Of a stretch of DNA of 64,000 nt, positions 36,682 through 46,290 are shown piece after piece. Position 1 is the stretch's first letter. The number at the start of each line of letters is the position of its first letter. Location: IMG/VR virus record IMGVR_UViG_3300028886_000036, positions 211,467 through 275,466 of that record, one strand, 5' to 3'. The position numbers were made by a program, and so were the translations under genes. The stretch comes from a virus (lineage: Duplodnaviria; Caudoviricetes). Under the pieces are notes generated by a model. The model ran no database searches. It had not been told where the DNA came from and saw only the letters and a list, made by a program, of their open reading frames with translations.

Positions 36682-37230
36682 TTGAACAAATATAGAGTAT
36701 ATATTTTACAAAGAAAAGAGGTGAATCCTTTGAAATATAGATTAGTTCCTTTATTAGAAAACAGTGCTTTCAGCAATGTAGATTGGATTAAGAGGGCATT
36801 TAGAAAAGTTAAAAGATTTTATAAAGAAGAGTTAGACACTAATTTAGACTATATGAAGTTAAAGTTTACAACTAAATGTTACAATGAAGATGGCACTATT
36901 AAGACTGATGCTGATACTAATGTACCAAAGAAAGGTGCTGGAGATTGGACTGAAAAACATATAATCTATATTAGACCTAATCAAGTTACTTTAGAAACTC
37001 AGCATATGGATGAGTTTAATAAAGAAAGATTTGTAGCACAAGTTATTGCACATGAATTAGCACATGAATGTTTGCATAACAAGTTATTTACTTTAAGAGA
37101 AAAAGGTATACCTATGGCTAGAACTAGATATGTTAACACATTCAAGAAAGGTTCTGATGAATACAAAGAAGAATTATATGCTGATTCAGTAGGCAACTAT
37201 GTTGCACAAAAGCTTTATAGTGAAGAATAA
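36682..37230 (+). CDS. zincin metallopeptidase-like protein
   Basis: IAHELAHE plus EELYAD; the likely start is the TTG after GAGGTG (MKYRLV). Confidence 0.75.
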   Translation: MNKYRVYILQRKEVNPLKYRLVPLLENSAFSNVDWIKRAFRKVKRFYKEELDTNLDYMKLKFTTKCYNEDGTIKTDADTNVPKKGAGDWTEKHIIYIRPNQVTLETQHMDEFNKERFVAQVIAHELAHECLHNKLFTLREKGIPMARTRYVNTFKKGSDEYKEELYADSVGNYVAQKLYSEE

Positions 37231-37318
37231 TTTTGAACAAATTAGAGAGTACTATGGATTAACTCAAAATCCATAACTAGGCTCTCTAATTTTTTTATAT
37301 ACAGCATCAGACCATTGT

Positions 37319-37590
37319 GTCAATAACCTTATACATTATTGTATGAAGCCATGCTTCTTATTGACTACCCTAAGTCTGGTTTTACCAGGAAACTACGTTA
37401 TTGAAGAAAAGATAGGCACCTGCGAACGTTTGTCCTAATTTACAGCTCTGCGGCTAATGATTAAACGGTTCTGAAAGGTAGGGACAGTGTTATTAGCATA
37501 TAAAACCTTCAAATAACATTGGGTAAGGGCACCTAACTCTACTTTTGTAGAGAGTCACTTCTTTTGTTAGTGACTAAATTTTATGTAGTA
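37319..37590 (+). ncRNA. omega RNA (HEARO-type) of IscB
   Basis: Starts GTCAATAA...TTATTGAC stem, then ACTACGTTA, GGCACC, GCTCTGCG and AACATTGG elements typical of HEARO RNAs; lies directly upstream of iscB; 3' end approximate. Confidence 0.8.
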
Positions 37591-37603
37591 AGGAGGTAAC
37601 CTT

Positions 37604-38866
37604 ATGGTTTATGTATTAAGCAAAACAGGGCAACCACTTATGCCAACTAGTAACCACAGAAAAGTAAGGTTACTTCTTGAGTCTGGTAAGGCAAAGGTTG
37701 TCCGTAGAACGCCATTTACAATTCAATTACAATATACTTCCCACACCTATAAACAGAATGTTAGTTTAGGTGTAGATACTGGAAGTAAAGTAATTGGATT
37801 ATCTGCAACTACTAATAAGCAAGAGCTGTTTGCAGAAGAAGTAACTATTAGAAACGATATAGTTAAATTATTGTCTGTTAGGAGTCAGCATAGACATGGT
37901 AGAAGAAGTAGAACAACTAGATATAGGAAACGAAGAACGCTTAATAGAAGTAATTCCAAGCAAAAAGGATGGCTTTCTCCAGCCATTAAAGCTAAAATAT
38001 TTTATCATATTAAAGTTATAGATAGAGTGCATCAAATACTTCCTATTAATAATATTATAATTGAAACTTCTGCATTTGATATGCAAAAAATAGTGAATCC
38101 AGATATAATTGGTGACGAATATACAAAAGGCCCTCAATTGGGTTTTTTAAATGTAAGAGAATATGTGTTATCTAGGGATAACCATGAATGCCAAATTTGC
38201 CATGGAAAAAGTAAAGATCCGGTGTTAAATGTGCATCATATTGAATCTAGGAGAGTTGGTGGTAATTCTCCTACTAACTTAATTACTTTATGTAAAACTT
38301 GCCATCATAAGTTACATTCTGGAGAGATAACTACAAATTTTAAAAGAAAAAGACCATTAAGAGATGCAGCATTTATGTCAATATTAAAATCTAGATTATA
38401 TAATCTTCTTAAAAACAAATATAAAAATGTTAAAGAAACTTTTGGATATATAACAAAAGCAGTACGTATAAGTAATAATTTGCCAAAAGATCATTGCGTT
38501 GATGCTAGATGTATATCAAATAATCCTTTAGCAAAAGAATCTAATGTATTATATATAGCTATTGTAATAAGAAGACATAATCGAAGAATACATCAAGATG
38601 CTATAAGAAAGGGTGGTACAAGAAAGATTAGACAACTTCCTAAATATGTTTTAGGATATAGAATGTTTGATAAAGTAAGATGTGATAAAGGTGAAGGTTG
38701 TATATTTGCAAGAAGATCTTCCGGATATTTTGATATAAGACATTTAAATAACGAAAGAATGTATGCTGGTGGATCATATAAAAAAATTAAGCTAATAGAA
38801 AGAAGTAATACTCTTCCTATAGAAGGAATTAAACGGAATATTGATAGGGGTGATGATGATGCCTAA
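37604..38866 (+). CDS. iscB: IscB RNA-guided endonuclease (IS200/IS605 OMEGA system)
   Basis: PLMP N-terminus, RuvC-I GVDTG, Arg-rich bridge helix, RuvC-II IIETS, HNH (CQIC..HHI..N..LCKTCH), RuvC-III HCVDA. Confidence 0.93.
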   Translation: MVYVLSKTGQPLMPTSNHRKVRLLLESGKAKVVRRTPFTIQLQYTSHTYKQNVSLGVDTGSKVIGLSATTNKQELFAEEVTIRNDIVKLLSVRSQHRHGRRSRTTRYRKRRTLNRSNSKQKGWLSPAIKAKIFYHIKVIDRVHQILPINNIIIETSAFDMQKIVNPDIIGDEYTKGPQLGFLNVREYVLSRDNHECQICHGKSKDPVLNVHHIESRRVGGNSPTNLITLCKTCHHKLHSGEITTNFKRKRPLRDAAFMSILKSRLYNLLKNKYKNVKETFGYITKAVRISNNLPKDHCVDARCISNNPLAKESNVLYIAIVIRRHNRRIHQDAIRKGGTRKIRQLPKYVLGYRMFDKVRCDKGEGCIFARRSSGYFDIRHLNNERMYAGGSYKKIKLIERSNTLPIEGIKRNIDRGDDDA

Positions 38867-40052
38867 TCATCAAGTAATTATTAGACGAAGAGACTATATT
38901 GAGGAATATAAGAAGTTAGTATACGAACAGTATGCTAAAGAACATATAGTAATAGAGTGTACATATTATCATTTAGATAAAGATGAATCAGTTTATGATC
39001 AGAACTATATGAGTACTTATAGAAGTGATGGTAAACTTACTGGATTAAAATATAGTAAGATACATCATTTAGCAGTATTATTTGGTCAGAATGCTACACC
39101 ACATCCATTAAATAGTTCAGAGCAAGGTCTTAACTTTATGGATCAAAGAACTAGTATAGTTATAGATACAGTTTGTGGTTTAAATCCGCATCCTGGTGAT
39201 AGAGTTATTTTTAAAATCTCTAATGACTATAGTACTTGGGTAGTATCTAATGTGAGTAAATCTGGTACATTTGATACTACTTATAATCAATGTGAATTAA
39301 AGCAAGAGATGTTCAATTATAACTTTGAAAAAGAAAATGTTTTAGATCAAGAGTATATGTATGATGAGTTTACAAAAAGAATATATAGTTTATCTAATGC
39401 TAATAACTATGAAAGAAATATAGTTAGGCTTAATGAAGTAATAGACTTCTTAAATAATGATGACAATTATCACGATAATATTGGTTATCACTTTATTGGT
39501 AATGTAGCATTTCCTCAATTAGAAACTATAGTTGCTACTCATGATAAGATATCGCCTCCATTAAAGATACTCTTAAATGAAGGTTTTGATGTAGAGATAC
39601 CTACTAATAGTATCTTTACATTATGGACTATGATAAGTAATTTTGATACTAAAGCAGATTTATTAGATAAAGCATATACCACTGCTAAAGATAATGTTCT
39701 TAACCCTAAAGTAAACTTATGGTCTGGATATAATGAAGCTTTAATTGGAAAAGCAGGTGCTCCAGTATCTACTTACTTTTATGGTAAAGATAAAGATGAT
39801 TTTAATGCTGCCACAGAATACTTACAGAAATGTGCTAAAGGAAATAAGTATTATAAGACATTTATAAAAAAGCATCCTGATAGCGCAATATGCAAGTTAG
39901 CAGATGAAATAGCTCAATTTAACTTTACAGATAATACTATGGTATATCCTGAACATATGATTAGTACTAACTTATTTGAAGCTATGGTAGAGTATTGCCA
40001 AATCAATAAAGAATTGTTAGATATAGAGAATAGTAAGGTGGTGTTAGAGTAA
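38841..40052 (+). CDS. probable virion structural protein
   Basis: 403-aa ORF heading the structural operon; start probably about 38856. Confidence 0.55.
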   Translation: MIGVMMMPNHQVIIRRRDYIEEYKKLVYEQYAKEHIVIECTYYHLDKDESVYDQNYMSTYRSDGKLTGLKYSKIHHLAVLFGQNATPHPLNSSEQGLNFMDQRTSIVIDTVCGLNPHPGDRVIFKISNDYSTWVVSNVSKSGTFDTTYNQCELKQEMFNYNFEKENVLDQEYMYDEFTKRIYSLSNANNYERNIVRLNEVIDFLNNDDNYHDNIGYHFIGNVAFPQLETIVATHDKISPPLKILLNEGFDVEIPTNSIFTLWTMISNFDTKADLLDKAYTTAKDNVLNPKVNLWSGYNEALIGKAGAPVSTYFYGKDKDDFNAATEYLQKCAKGNKYYKTFIKKHPDSAICKLADEIAQFNFTDNTMVYPEHMISTNLFEAMVEYCQINKELLDIENSKVVLE

Positions 40053-40801
40053 TGGATATACCTGAAAATATATGTAGTCAGACTATACATCAAGTAGAAA
40101 AACAATTCTTATCTAGAAGAGTTCCAATTAAGTTATTTAAACAGCTTATAACAGCATCTAAGGATCTAGATTTTACTAAGCTTAATGATCCAGTAATTAA
40201 GTCAAGATATATGGAATCTAGAAATAAGATTGAACCTTATTTTAGAAGAGTAATCCAGCAAGATGTTTATTCTAATTCAGAAGATAATAGATATGAAGAG
40301 TTTATAAACTTATTAATAACATTGTTCTCTATATTTGATGCAATCATAACTGGTAGATTGTATATTACAGATATTGCTCAGCAAGAAACCACAATAATAA
40401 ATGACTTCTTAGATTCATATGGGTTTATGATACATAGAATATTTGAGAATCAGGTTAAAGTAGATTTAGCCCAACATATCTATAGAAACATTAGATTAAA
40501 AGGAACTACTACTTTGCTTACTATTTTATTATCTAATATTGGGTTTAATGCATATCAAATAGATGAATATGAACTGAATTGTTTAGATGGTAAGTTTGTT
40601 TTAGTACCTCACACTACTTATAAGAGTCATGGAGCTAGCGGGCAAGAGTTAGAAAATAGTTATGCCTATGTAGAAGAATTAGATGATATACTGTGGACTG
40701 TTAGTGATGATGAATTAAGAACAATATTTAATCAATCGTTATCTATGTTACTTAAGGTTGATGAAAACCCTGAAGAAGAGGATCAAGAAGAAGAGCCTTA
40801 A
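40052..40801 (+). CDS. probable baseplate/tail protein (possibly an N-part)
   Basis: RLKGT motif reminiscent of baseplate wedge and tail proteins; acidic C-tail. Confidence 0.5.
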   Translation: MDIPENICSQTIHQVEKQFLSRRVPIKLFKQLITASKDLDFTKLNDPVIKSRYMESRNKIEPYFRRVIQQDVYSNSEDNRYEEFINLLITLFSIFDAIITGRLYITDIAQQETTIINDFLDSYGFMIHRIFENQVKVDLAQHIYRNIRLKGTTTLLTILLSNIGFNAYQIDEYELNCLDGKFVLVPHTTYKSHGASGQELENSYAYVEELDDILWTVSDDELRTIFNQSLSMLLKVDENPEEEDQEEEP

Positions 40802-40825
40802 TAAAAACAAAAGTAAAAGGGCCTT

Positions 40826-40984
40826 TTAGGCCCCGCACATTCCTGCGATGGTGCATCCAATTTCGACTGCGGTGAAGATTCCATCCGCGAGGTTGCGGAG
40901 GCCTTCGTTTTCAATCATCGGCAGAGTGTGGTTTTTGATGTGCGTGGTGATAGCTCCCGCAACGGTTGCGAAGCTGATTTTCAT
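40826..40984 (-). CDS. 52-aa peptide (cassette gene inside the structural operon)
   Basis: AAAGGAG SD before the ATG at 40984; motif at 41069; GC-richer than its flanks. Confidence 0.65.
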   Translation of the reverse strand: MKISFATVAGAITTHIKNHTLPMIENEGLRNLADGIFTAVEIGCTIAGMCGA

Positions 40985-41107
40985 ATCAGTCTCCTTTCTC
41001 CCAGATTTCAGGGCTCTGGGATCTAACCCGGCGCAGTGTCTTAATCCTTTCGCTGCTCCAACGCCAGTATATATATACAACTTAAAATAAGAGGGAGGTG
41101 AATCTAT

Positions 41108-43138
41108 CTGTTTAATTCACTACCTGTACAAACATCTTACTTTACTATTAGTTCGTTAGTAGATCAAGATGTTATGAATAAGATAGCCATTGCTATGGAT
41201 ATCTTAAGACAATACAATGAAAATTTAGAAAACTCTGGTAAAGAAACCAAGATTTATGCTATAGATGGATATGGAGAAAGAGTTAGTTTTAAGGCATTAG
41301 TTTTTGGTTATTACTATGTGTTTAGTAGTATTTATGGAAGTGTAGATAGCTTTTATGGATATCCTAAAGATATGTACTGGAACCTATTATGGGGCGATGG
41401 TATCATTGGGTGGAACAGACCAGTTACTAACCCAACAATAGATATTCCAAAGGCTTTAACTATTTATACTCAATTAAATGCTTCGGCATCTTCTTATAAA
41501 GATAAATTTAGTAGAAAAACTGCTTTTAAGAAATTATTTTATAGAGATTATACTTATAGGCATAATGTTTTTATTGATGAATCAATACAATTAGATGATG
41601 CTGGATATATAAAAAATATCTCTGATGCCTTAAAAACCCTAGATCCTGATTTTTATGAGTTTATAACAAATAAACTGAAAGAGCTATGGGATTTAGCTGC
41701 TAATGAAGCTAAGAATGTTTCAGTACCAACCAAGTTAAGATTCTTATTTGATAATAGACCTGTAGCTAAAATGTATGATGCATTACCTGAAGATGAATCA
41801 TATAAAGATGGCTTATTAAATATGAACAGCTCTGTTATACAAGCTAATCAGTTCTATTTAACTTTCTTAACTTCTTTTGAACAGATTGTTTATCAGTATA
41901 CAAAGCAAACCTTTCCTATAAAACTTTTAGGTACTTTAGCTAATCTGTATTCGTCATATGTTAAATTAATTACTAACTATGTTAAACCATATCATGCTAG
42001 ACTTATAGATAAAGCTCCTATAATGAGGTTTGGTGGTGGTTTAGAAGAAAGTGTAGCGGTTGGAGATATACTTAGATTGGATCCAACAGTTCAAATCTAT
42101 AGCGATGTGGTTAGATGGAGATTTGATAATCCTTATGACTATAGACCTGATGAATATGATAAGCTTGATAAAATTTGGGATGAGTTTTGGGTAGGTGGAA
42201 AACCAACCGATTCTGAAGATGATGAACCTTGGGACGGAATTCATTATTATGAAGATACTGAAGAATCTGGTATAATTCAAAGAATAGAAGATAAAGAAAA
42301 CTACTATCATAGAATTGATGACGAGTTATTATATACTGATAACAAATTACGTCAGAATGACATTTATGAAGATATAACTATTACTTCTGATAAAACTATC
42401 AGAAGCTCTAAACCAAATTTAGATAATATTCCATTTAGTTTGTATCCATCTTCTTTATACGAAAAGTATAGTCATAAATGGGTTCCTAAAGATCCATTAG
42501 ATCCTGAAAACTATAAAGTATATGAAGATTTAATTAGATTTGGAACTAGTAAAGAGCAGTACGCTCTTATGATATCGAATGGTATGATAAAAGAGGGAGA
42601 TTTTCCGTTAAGATATGCATTAGCAGAAACCCATCCTAGTATTGAAGATATGATAGAATATGATTGGATAAACCAGTATGTTGAAAACATTTCTGATAGA
42701 GATCTTTGTATTATTACTGATTCATATACCGATAAGGATATTTATAGAGTAACGGATATTAACTTTAAGCATAAAGATTACGATATTGATATTACTGGTA
42801 GTAAGATAGGTATCTTTACTAATGATATGAATCATATGTGGGTCTATACTAAAGAAACTGATAAAACATTCAAATGGAACTTAATAGAACTTCCTGTTAT
42901 ATCGGATATATTTAACAGAATAGAGCCTCCTAATGTTTTGCATAGAAAGATAACATTTACAAATGGACATGAGATAGACGTGTCTCCATTTAGAAATTTA
43001 AGTGATAATAGTACTTTCTTAACTAATTTAGAAATGCCAAAGAAGAACTTTAACTTTATAAAGTTTTTCTTATTTATCCCTGCTCATACAAAAGCTATTC
43101 TTCCAGAAATAGAGTATACTAGCAGGAAGAAAATTTGA
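41108..43138 (+). CDS. probable baseplate/tail protein (CTG start proposed)
   Basis: The frame stays open 22 codons upstream of the ATG at 41174, to a CTG 7 nt after GGAGGTG; contains KPYHARL. Confidence 0.6.
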   Translation: MFNSLPVQTSYFTISSLVDQDVMNKIAIAMDILRQYNENLENSGKETKIYAIDGYGERVSFKALVFGYYYVFSSIYGSVDSFYGYPKDMYWNLLWGDGIIGWNRPVTNPTIDIPKALTIYTQLNASASSYKDKFSRKTAFKKLFYRDYTYRHNVFIDESIQLDDAGYIKNISDALKTLDPDFYEFITNKLKELWDLAANEAKNVSVPTKLRFLFDNRPVAKMYDALPEDESYKDGLLNMNSSVIQANQFYLTFLTSFEQIVYQYTKQTFPIKLLGTLANLYSSYVKLITNYVKPYHARLIDKAPIMRFGGGLEESVAVGDILRLDPTVQIYSDVVRWRFDNPYDYRPDEYDKLDKIWDEFWVGGKPTDSEDDEPWDGIHYYEDTEESGIIQRIEDKENYYHRIDDELLYTDNKLRQNDIYEDITITSDKTIRSSKPNLDNIPFSLYPSSLYEKYSHKWVPKDPLDPENYKVYEDLIRFGTSKEQYALMISNGMIKEGDFPLRYALAETHPSIEDMIEYDWINQYVENISDRDLCIITDSYTDKDIYRVTDINFKHKDYDIDITGSKIGIFTNDMNHMWVYTKETDKTFKWNLIELPVISDIFNRIEPPNVLHRKITFTNGHEIDVSPFRNLSDNSTFLTNLEMPKKNFNFIKFFLFIPAHTKAILPEIEYTSRKKI

Positions 43139-43149
43139 TATAAAGAAAG

Positions 43150-43707
43150 GTGAGAATAGATTTGTTTAGTGATAAAATAAACTTAAAAGGTCATATCAGA
43201 ATAACTGATTTTGATACTAAAAAAATTATAGTAGATACAGATAATCATATTGTTATTTCTGGAAGAAGATGGCTGATGCAAAGAATGTTTAATATGCCAA
43301 TTACACAGGATAGTAATGCTCATACTTGGTTACCTGGCTGGTTTGGTATTGGTTCAGGTGGGGCTTCAGTGGATGCCCCATTTATCCCAATCTGGCCTAC
43401 CGATGATGATACCAGCTTATTCTACCCAGAAGAGTTTTCACAGGAAGGTGCTCAGTATAGTTCTACAAATCATCTTTATAAGATGGTAGATTCAATTAGC
43501 TTTCCTAATGATCTTACAGCTAAACTCACTATGACTTTAGATTATCAAGATATGGTTGATAAATACATCAATGAAGCTGGAATGTTTGTTGGAGAAGTAT
43601 TAGAGTATACTAACGAAAATTTCTTAATGTTTTCACATGTTACATTCCCAACCTTTCCTAAAAGTATATACCAGAAGTTAACCTTAGAATGGTTCTTCAT
43701 GTTTTAA
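43150..43707 (+). CDS. probable baseplate/tail-fibre attachment protein
   Basis: NHIVISGR, FGIGSGG, INEAGMF and FSHVTFP..K. Confidence 0.6.
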   Translation: MRIDLFSDKINLKGHIRITDFDTKKIIVDTDNHIVISGRRWLMQRMFNMPITQDSNAHTWLPGWFGIGSGGASVDAPFIPIWPTDDDTSLFYPEEFSQEGAQYSSTNHLYKMVDSISFPNDLTAKLTMTLDYQDMVDKYINEAGMFVGEVLEYTNENFLMFSHVTFPTFPKSIYQKLTLEWFFMF

Positions 43708-43722
43708 AAGAGGTGAATATAT

Positions 43723-45048
43723 ATGGCAGTTATTACAACTGATTTTGGTTCTATACAGACTAGAAATATCGATCCGCATTCACCAGTAACTTCAGAAAAC
43801 CATAATAAGTTACTTAAAACTTTTGGTACTAGTAAGATGTATGTGGATGGATTTGATACAACTTTTTATGTAGAAGGTAATCAAATTCTTGTCGATATTG
43901 AAAAAGGCACAGCATTTGTTCAATACATGGTTATTGAAACCACATCTGCTGCGACATTAGAAGTTAGTGAACTACCAACCAATTCAAAAGAACTTTACAT
44001 TGTTTTAGAGTATACCTATAGAGCAATTAAACCAGTTCCTATAGCATATCTTAAAGTAATCAGAGCTGAAAATTGGAATCCCACTAATCAATTAAGGCTG
44101 TATAGTCTTTATACTAATGAGTGGACTTCTCTTACTACAGGTAGATTAAGAGATTGGTTAAGTGATCCAGCCTATTTTACAGATTGGAGAACCAAACAAG
44201 AAAATACTCCAGTTTGGGCTAATAAGACATATTTGAGAATTGACGGAGATAATATAGCTGATGGATTAAAAATTAACCCTCCTGCAAAGGGATGGGATAA
44301 TGCAGATGGAAATCTTGTTGTTAATAAAGATTATGTTGATAACCAAATTGCAAATCATAATGATCAACATAGAGATTTCTTTGTAAAGAAATACATTGTT
44401 GATCCGTCAGATCCTAAATATAACAGAATTGAAGATTATTTGGATGTGTATATGCCTAATCCATATCTTAATTTATCTGATTCTAATGATGAAGAAGGAA
44501 GAGGTTTAAAAGTTACTGCTTCGGCTGGTACAGTTGAAGTTGAATTAACTTACAATAGAATGCAGATAGTTAAACCTGGACTTAGTGACGAGACTGGTAG
44601 TAATATAATTAGCGATATTAGTGCTGATGGTGTTACTGGCGCTATATGGTCAGATATTGCTGAATACTTTATTACTGATATGACTGAAATGCCAGAACAG
44701 GGTGCTTGCATTTGTGTTAAGAATGGTAAAGCAGTTTTATCAGATATGGAAGCTGACACTTCTGTAATTGGATGTGTTTCATATAAACCAGCTTATATAC
44801 TTGGTGGTACTACTGATTTCAAGAAAGAATTTGAAGAAAATCATAAGATACCAGTTGCTGTAGTTGGTCAAATAAAAGATGTTAAGGTTTATTCAGATAC
44901 AGATATTTACTCTGGAGCACTTCTTATTTCAGGTAAGGATGGATGTTTCAAAGCTATAAATCCATCTATGTGCAATGGTTCACATATTGGTAAAGTTTTA
45001 GTTCCTGTTCATAAAGGACATGGGAAGTATTATTGCTTGATTAAGTAA
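43723..45048 (+). CDS. tail/fibre protein with C-terminal peptidase-G2/chaperone-like domain
   Basis: DIAEYF, VIGCVS..PAY.LG and PVAVVGQ. Confidence 0.6.
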   Translation: MAVITTDFGSIQTRNIDPHSPVTSENHNKLLKTFGTSKMYVDGFDTTFYVEGNQILVDIEKGTAFVQYMVIETTSAATLEVSELPTNSKELYIVLEYTYRAIKPVPIAYLKVIRAENWNPTNQLRLYSLYTNEWTSLTTGRLRDWLSDPAYFTDWRTKQENTPVWANKTYLRIDGDNIADGLKINPPAKGWDNADGNLVVNKDYVDNQIANHNDQHRDFFVKKYIVDPSDPKYNRIEDYLDVYMPNPYLNLSDSNDEEGRGLKVTASAGTVEVELTYNRMQIVKPGLSDETGSNIISDISADGVTGAIWSDIAEYFITDMTEMPEQGACICVKNGKAVLSDMEADTSVIGCVSYKPAYILGGTTDFKKEFEENHKIPVAVVGQIKDVKVYSDTDIYSGALLISGKDGCFKAINPSMCNGSHIGKVLVPVHKGHGKYYCLIK

Positions 45049-45105
45049 CAAATTTATGATATAATCCTTCTCAGAATAAACCACATTCTGAGGAGGATTT
45101 TTTAT

Positions 45106-45594
45106 ATGAAATTGAAGTATTATAATAATGGTGTAATTATGCTTAAACCTGGACCTGATTACTTTGATATTATGGGTGTTGATTTTAAAGATCCTACAGC
45201 TAGTATTACAGGATATCAAAGACTAGCTCATGTGTTTTGTAATGATACAGAAGGATTTTCAATACAGTTTTATAATTACGAATTAAACTCTTTTCCTAAA
45301 GCATATTATGCGTATCTTAAAAAGATGATTAAAGAAGATGCTTTTTTAGAGAATATAGAGATTCTTTTAAATAATAATATTCATAATATAAAAAAAGCAT
45401 TTATGATTAGTTGGAAAGACGATAATAAGGATACTAAAATCACTAGATTGTTCTATTATATTTTTAATGTTATAGTCAGAAACTGCTTATCTTCAAAGGA
45501 TAATATTGATTTAACAAATACTAATAAAACAACTTTAACTGGATCCAATGGATATGAAAGAGTAATTCTAGATTTTAATGTCGAACAAATATAG
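45106..45594 (+). CDS. hypothetical protein
   Basis: GAGGAGG SD located inside a hairpin. Confidence 0.65.
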   Translation: MKLKYYNNGVIMLKPGPDYFDIMGVDFKDPTASITGYQRLAHVFCNDTEGFSIQFYNYELNSFPKAYYAYLKKMIKEDAFLENIEILLNNNIHNIKKAFMISWKDDNKDTKITRLFYYIFNVIVRNCLSSKDNIDLTNTNKTTLTGSNGYERVILDFNVEQI

Positions 45595-45625
45595 AGAAAT
45601 ATTTAGAAAGAGGTGATGATTACTA

Positions 45626-46288
45626 GTGTGGACAGAACCAGATGTTGCTTCTCATATAGAAGATAGAGGAGATTATAGACTTCACAACTTATTTGAGAAG
45701 CTGATTATAAATGTTGAACAAACCGCTATAGGAAACTATAAGTATGACACTACAGGCCAACCTATAACTAAAATAGAAGTATATGATGTGTCGTGCCCAG
45801 CTCTTATGGAAAACTTCTTTGAATTAAGAGATGAATGTGACATATACGAAATGCAGTATACTGATGAGTATAAAACACCAACTATTGCCCATGACCAGTA
45901 TAAAAATGTTACACTTAGTCCTCTTATTCTTCTTATGAATAGTAAGTATACTAATGCAGATTTTGTATTAGATACCAGTGAAGAATATAAAATGTTGTCT
46001 TCAGAATTAGTTATAGATCTTCTATGTAAATCTGAGTCTCAAAACCAACCGAATACAGTTACAGAAGTAACTGATCCGGATGAATATGAACAGCATATAC
46101 GCAAATTAAATATGCATAGAGACGATCATAATCCTACACTTGATCGTCTTTTTTCTAACAAATTTAACATTAGTATGAAGGATGTTAAAAATACTTTAGG
46201 CTATAAAAAATTAGTTCACGATATCGGTGAAGATGCCGTTAAGAAAAATATAATGAAACTTACTTCATACTTCAATAAAGGAGAGTAA
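45626..46288 (+). CDS. baseplate wedge gp53-like protein
   Basis: IAHDQYKNVTLSPLILLMN resembles the gp53/LysM-like motif. Confidence 0.45.
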   Translation: MWTEPDVASHIEDRGDYRLHNLFEKLIINVEQTAIGNYKYDTTGQPITKIEVYDVSCPALMENFFELRDECDIYEMQYTDEYKTPTIAHDQYKNVTLSPLILLMNSKYTNADFVLDTSEEYKMLSSELVIDLLCKSESQNQPNTVTEVTDPDEYEQHIRKLNMHRDDHNPTLDRLFSNKFNISMKDVKNTLGYKKLVHDIGEDAVKKNIMKLTSYFNKGE

Positions 46289-46290
46289 TA

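Larger units (their letters stand above)
37319..38866 (+). mobile_element. non-autonomous IS200/IS605-family (iscB) element; right end not recognisable
   Basis: omega RNA plus iscB, with no tnpA in the window. Confidence 0.7.

Noticed and set aside
29700-36700. Integron cassette array with attC sites
   Set aside because: No GTTRRRY/RYYYAAC-bounded attC hairpins or integrase were seen, and each unit has its own promoter-like motif.
41005-41014. Lambda boxB-like GCCCTGAAA in a leader loop
   Set aside because: The closing GGGC is absent and there is no boxA, so it is probably chance.
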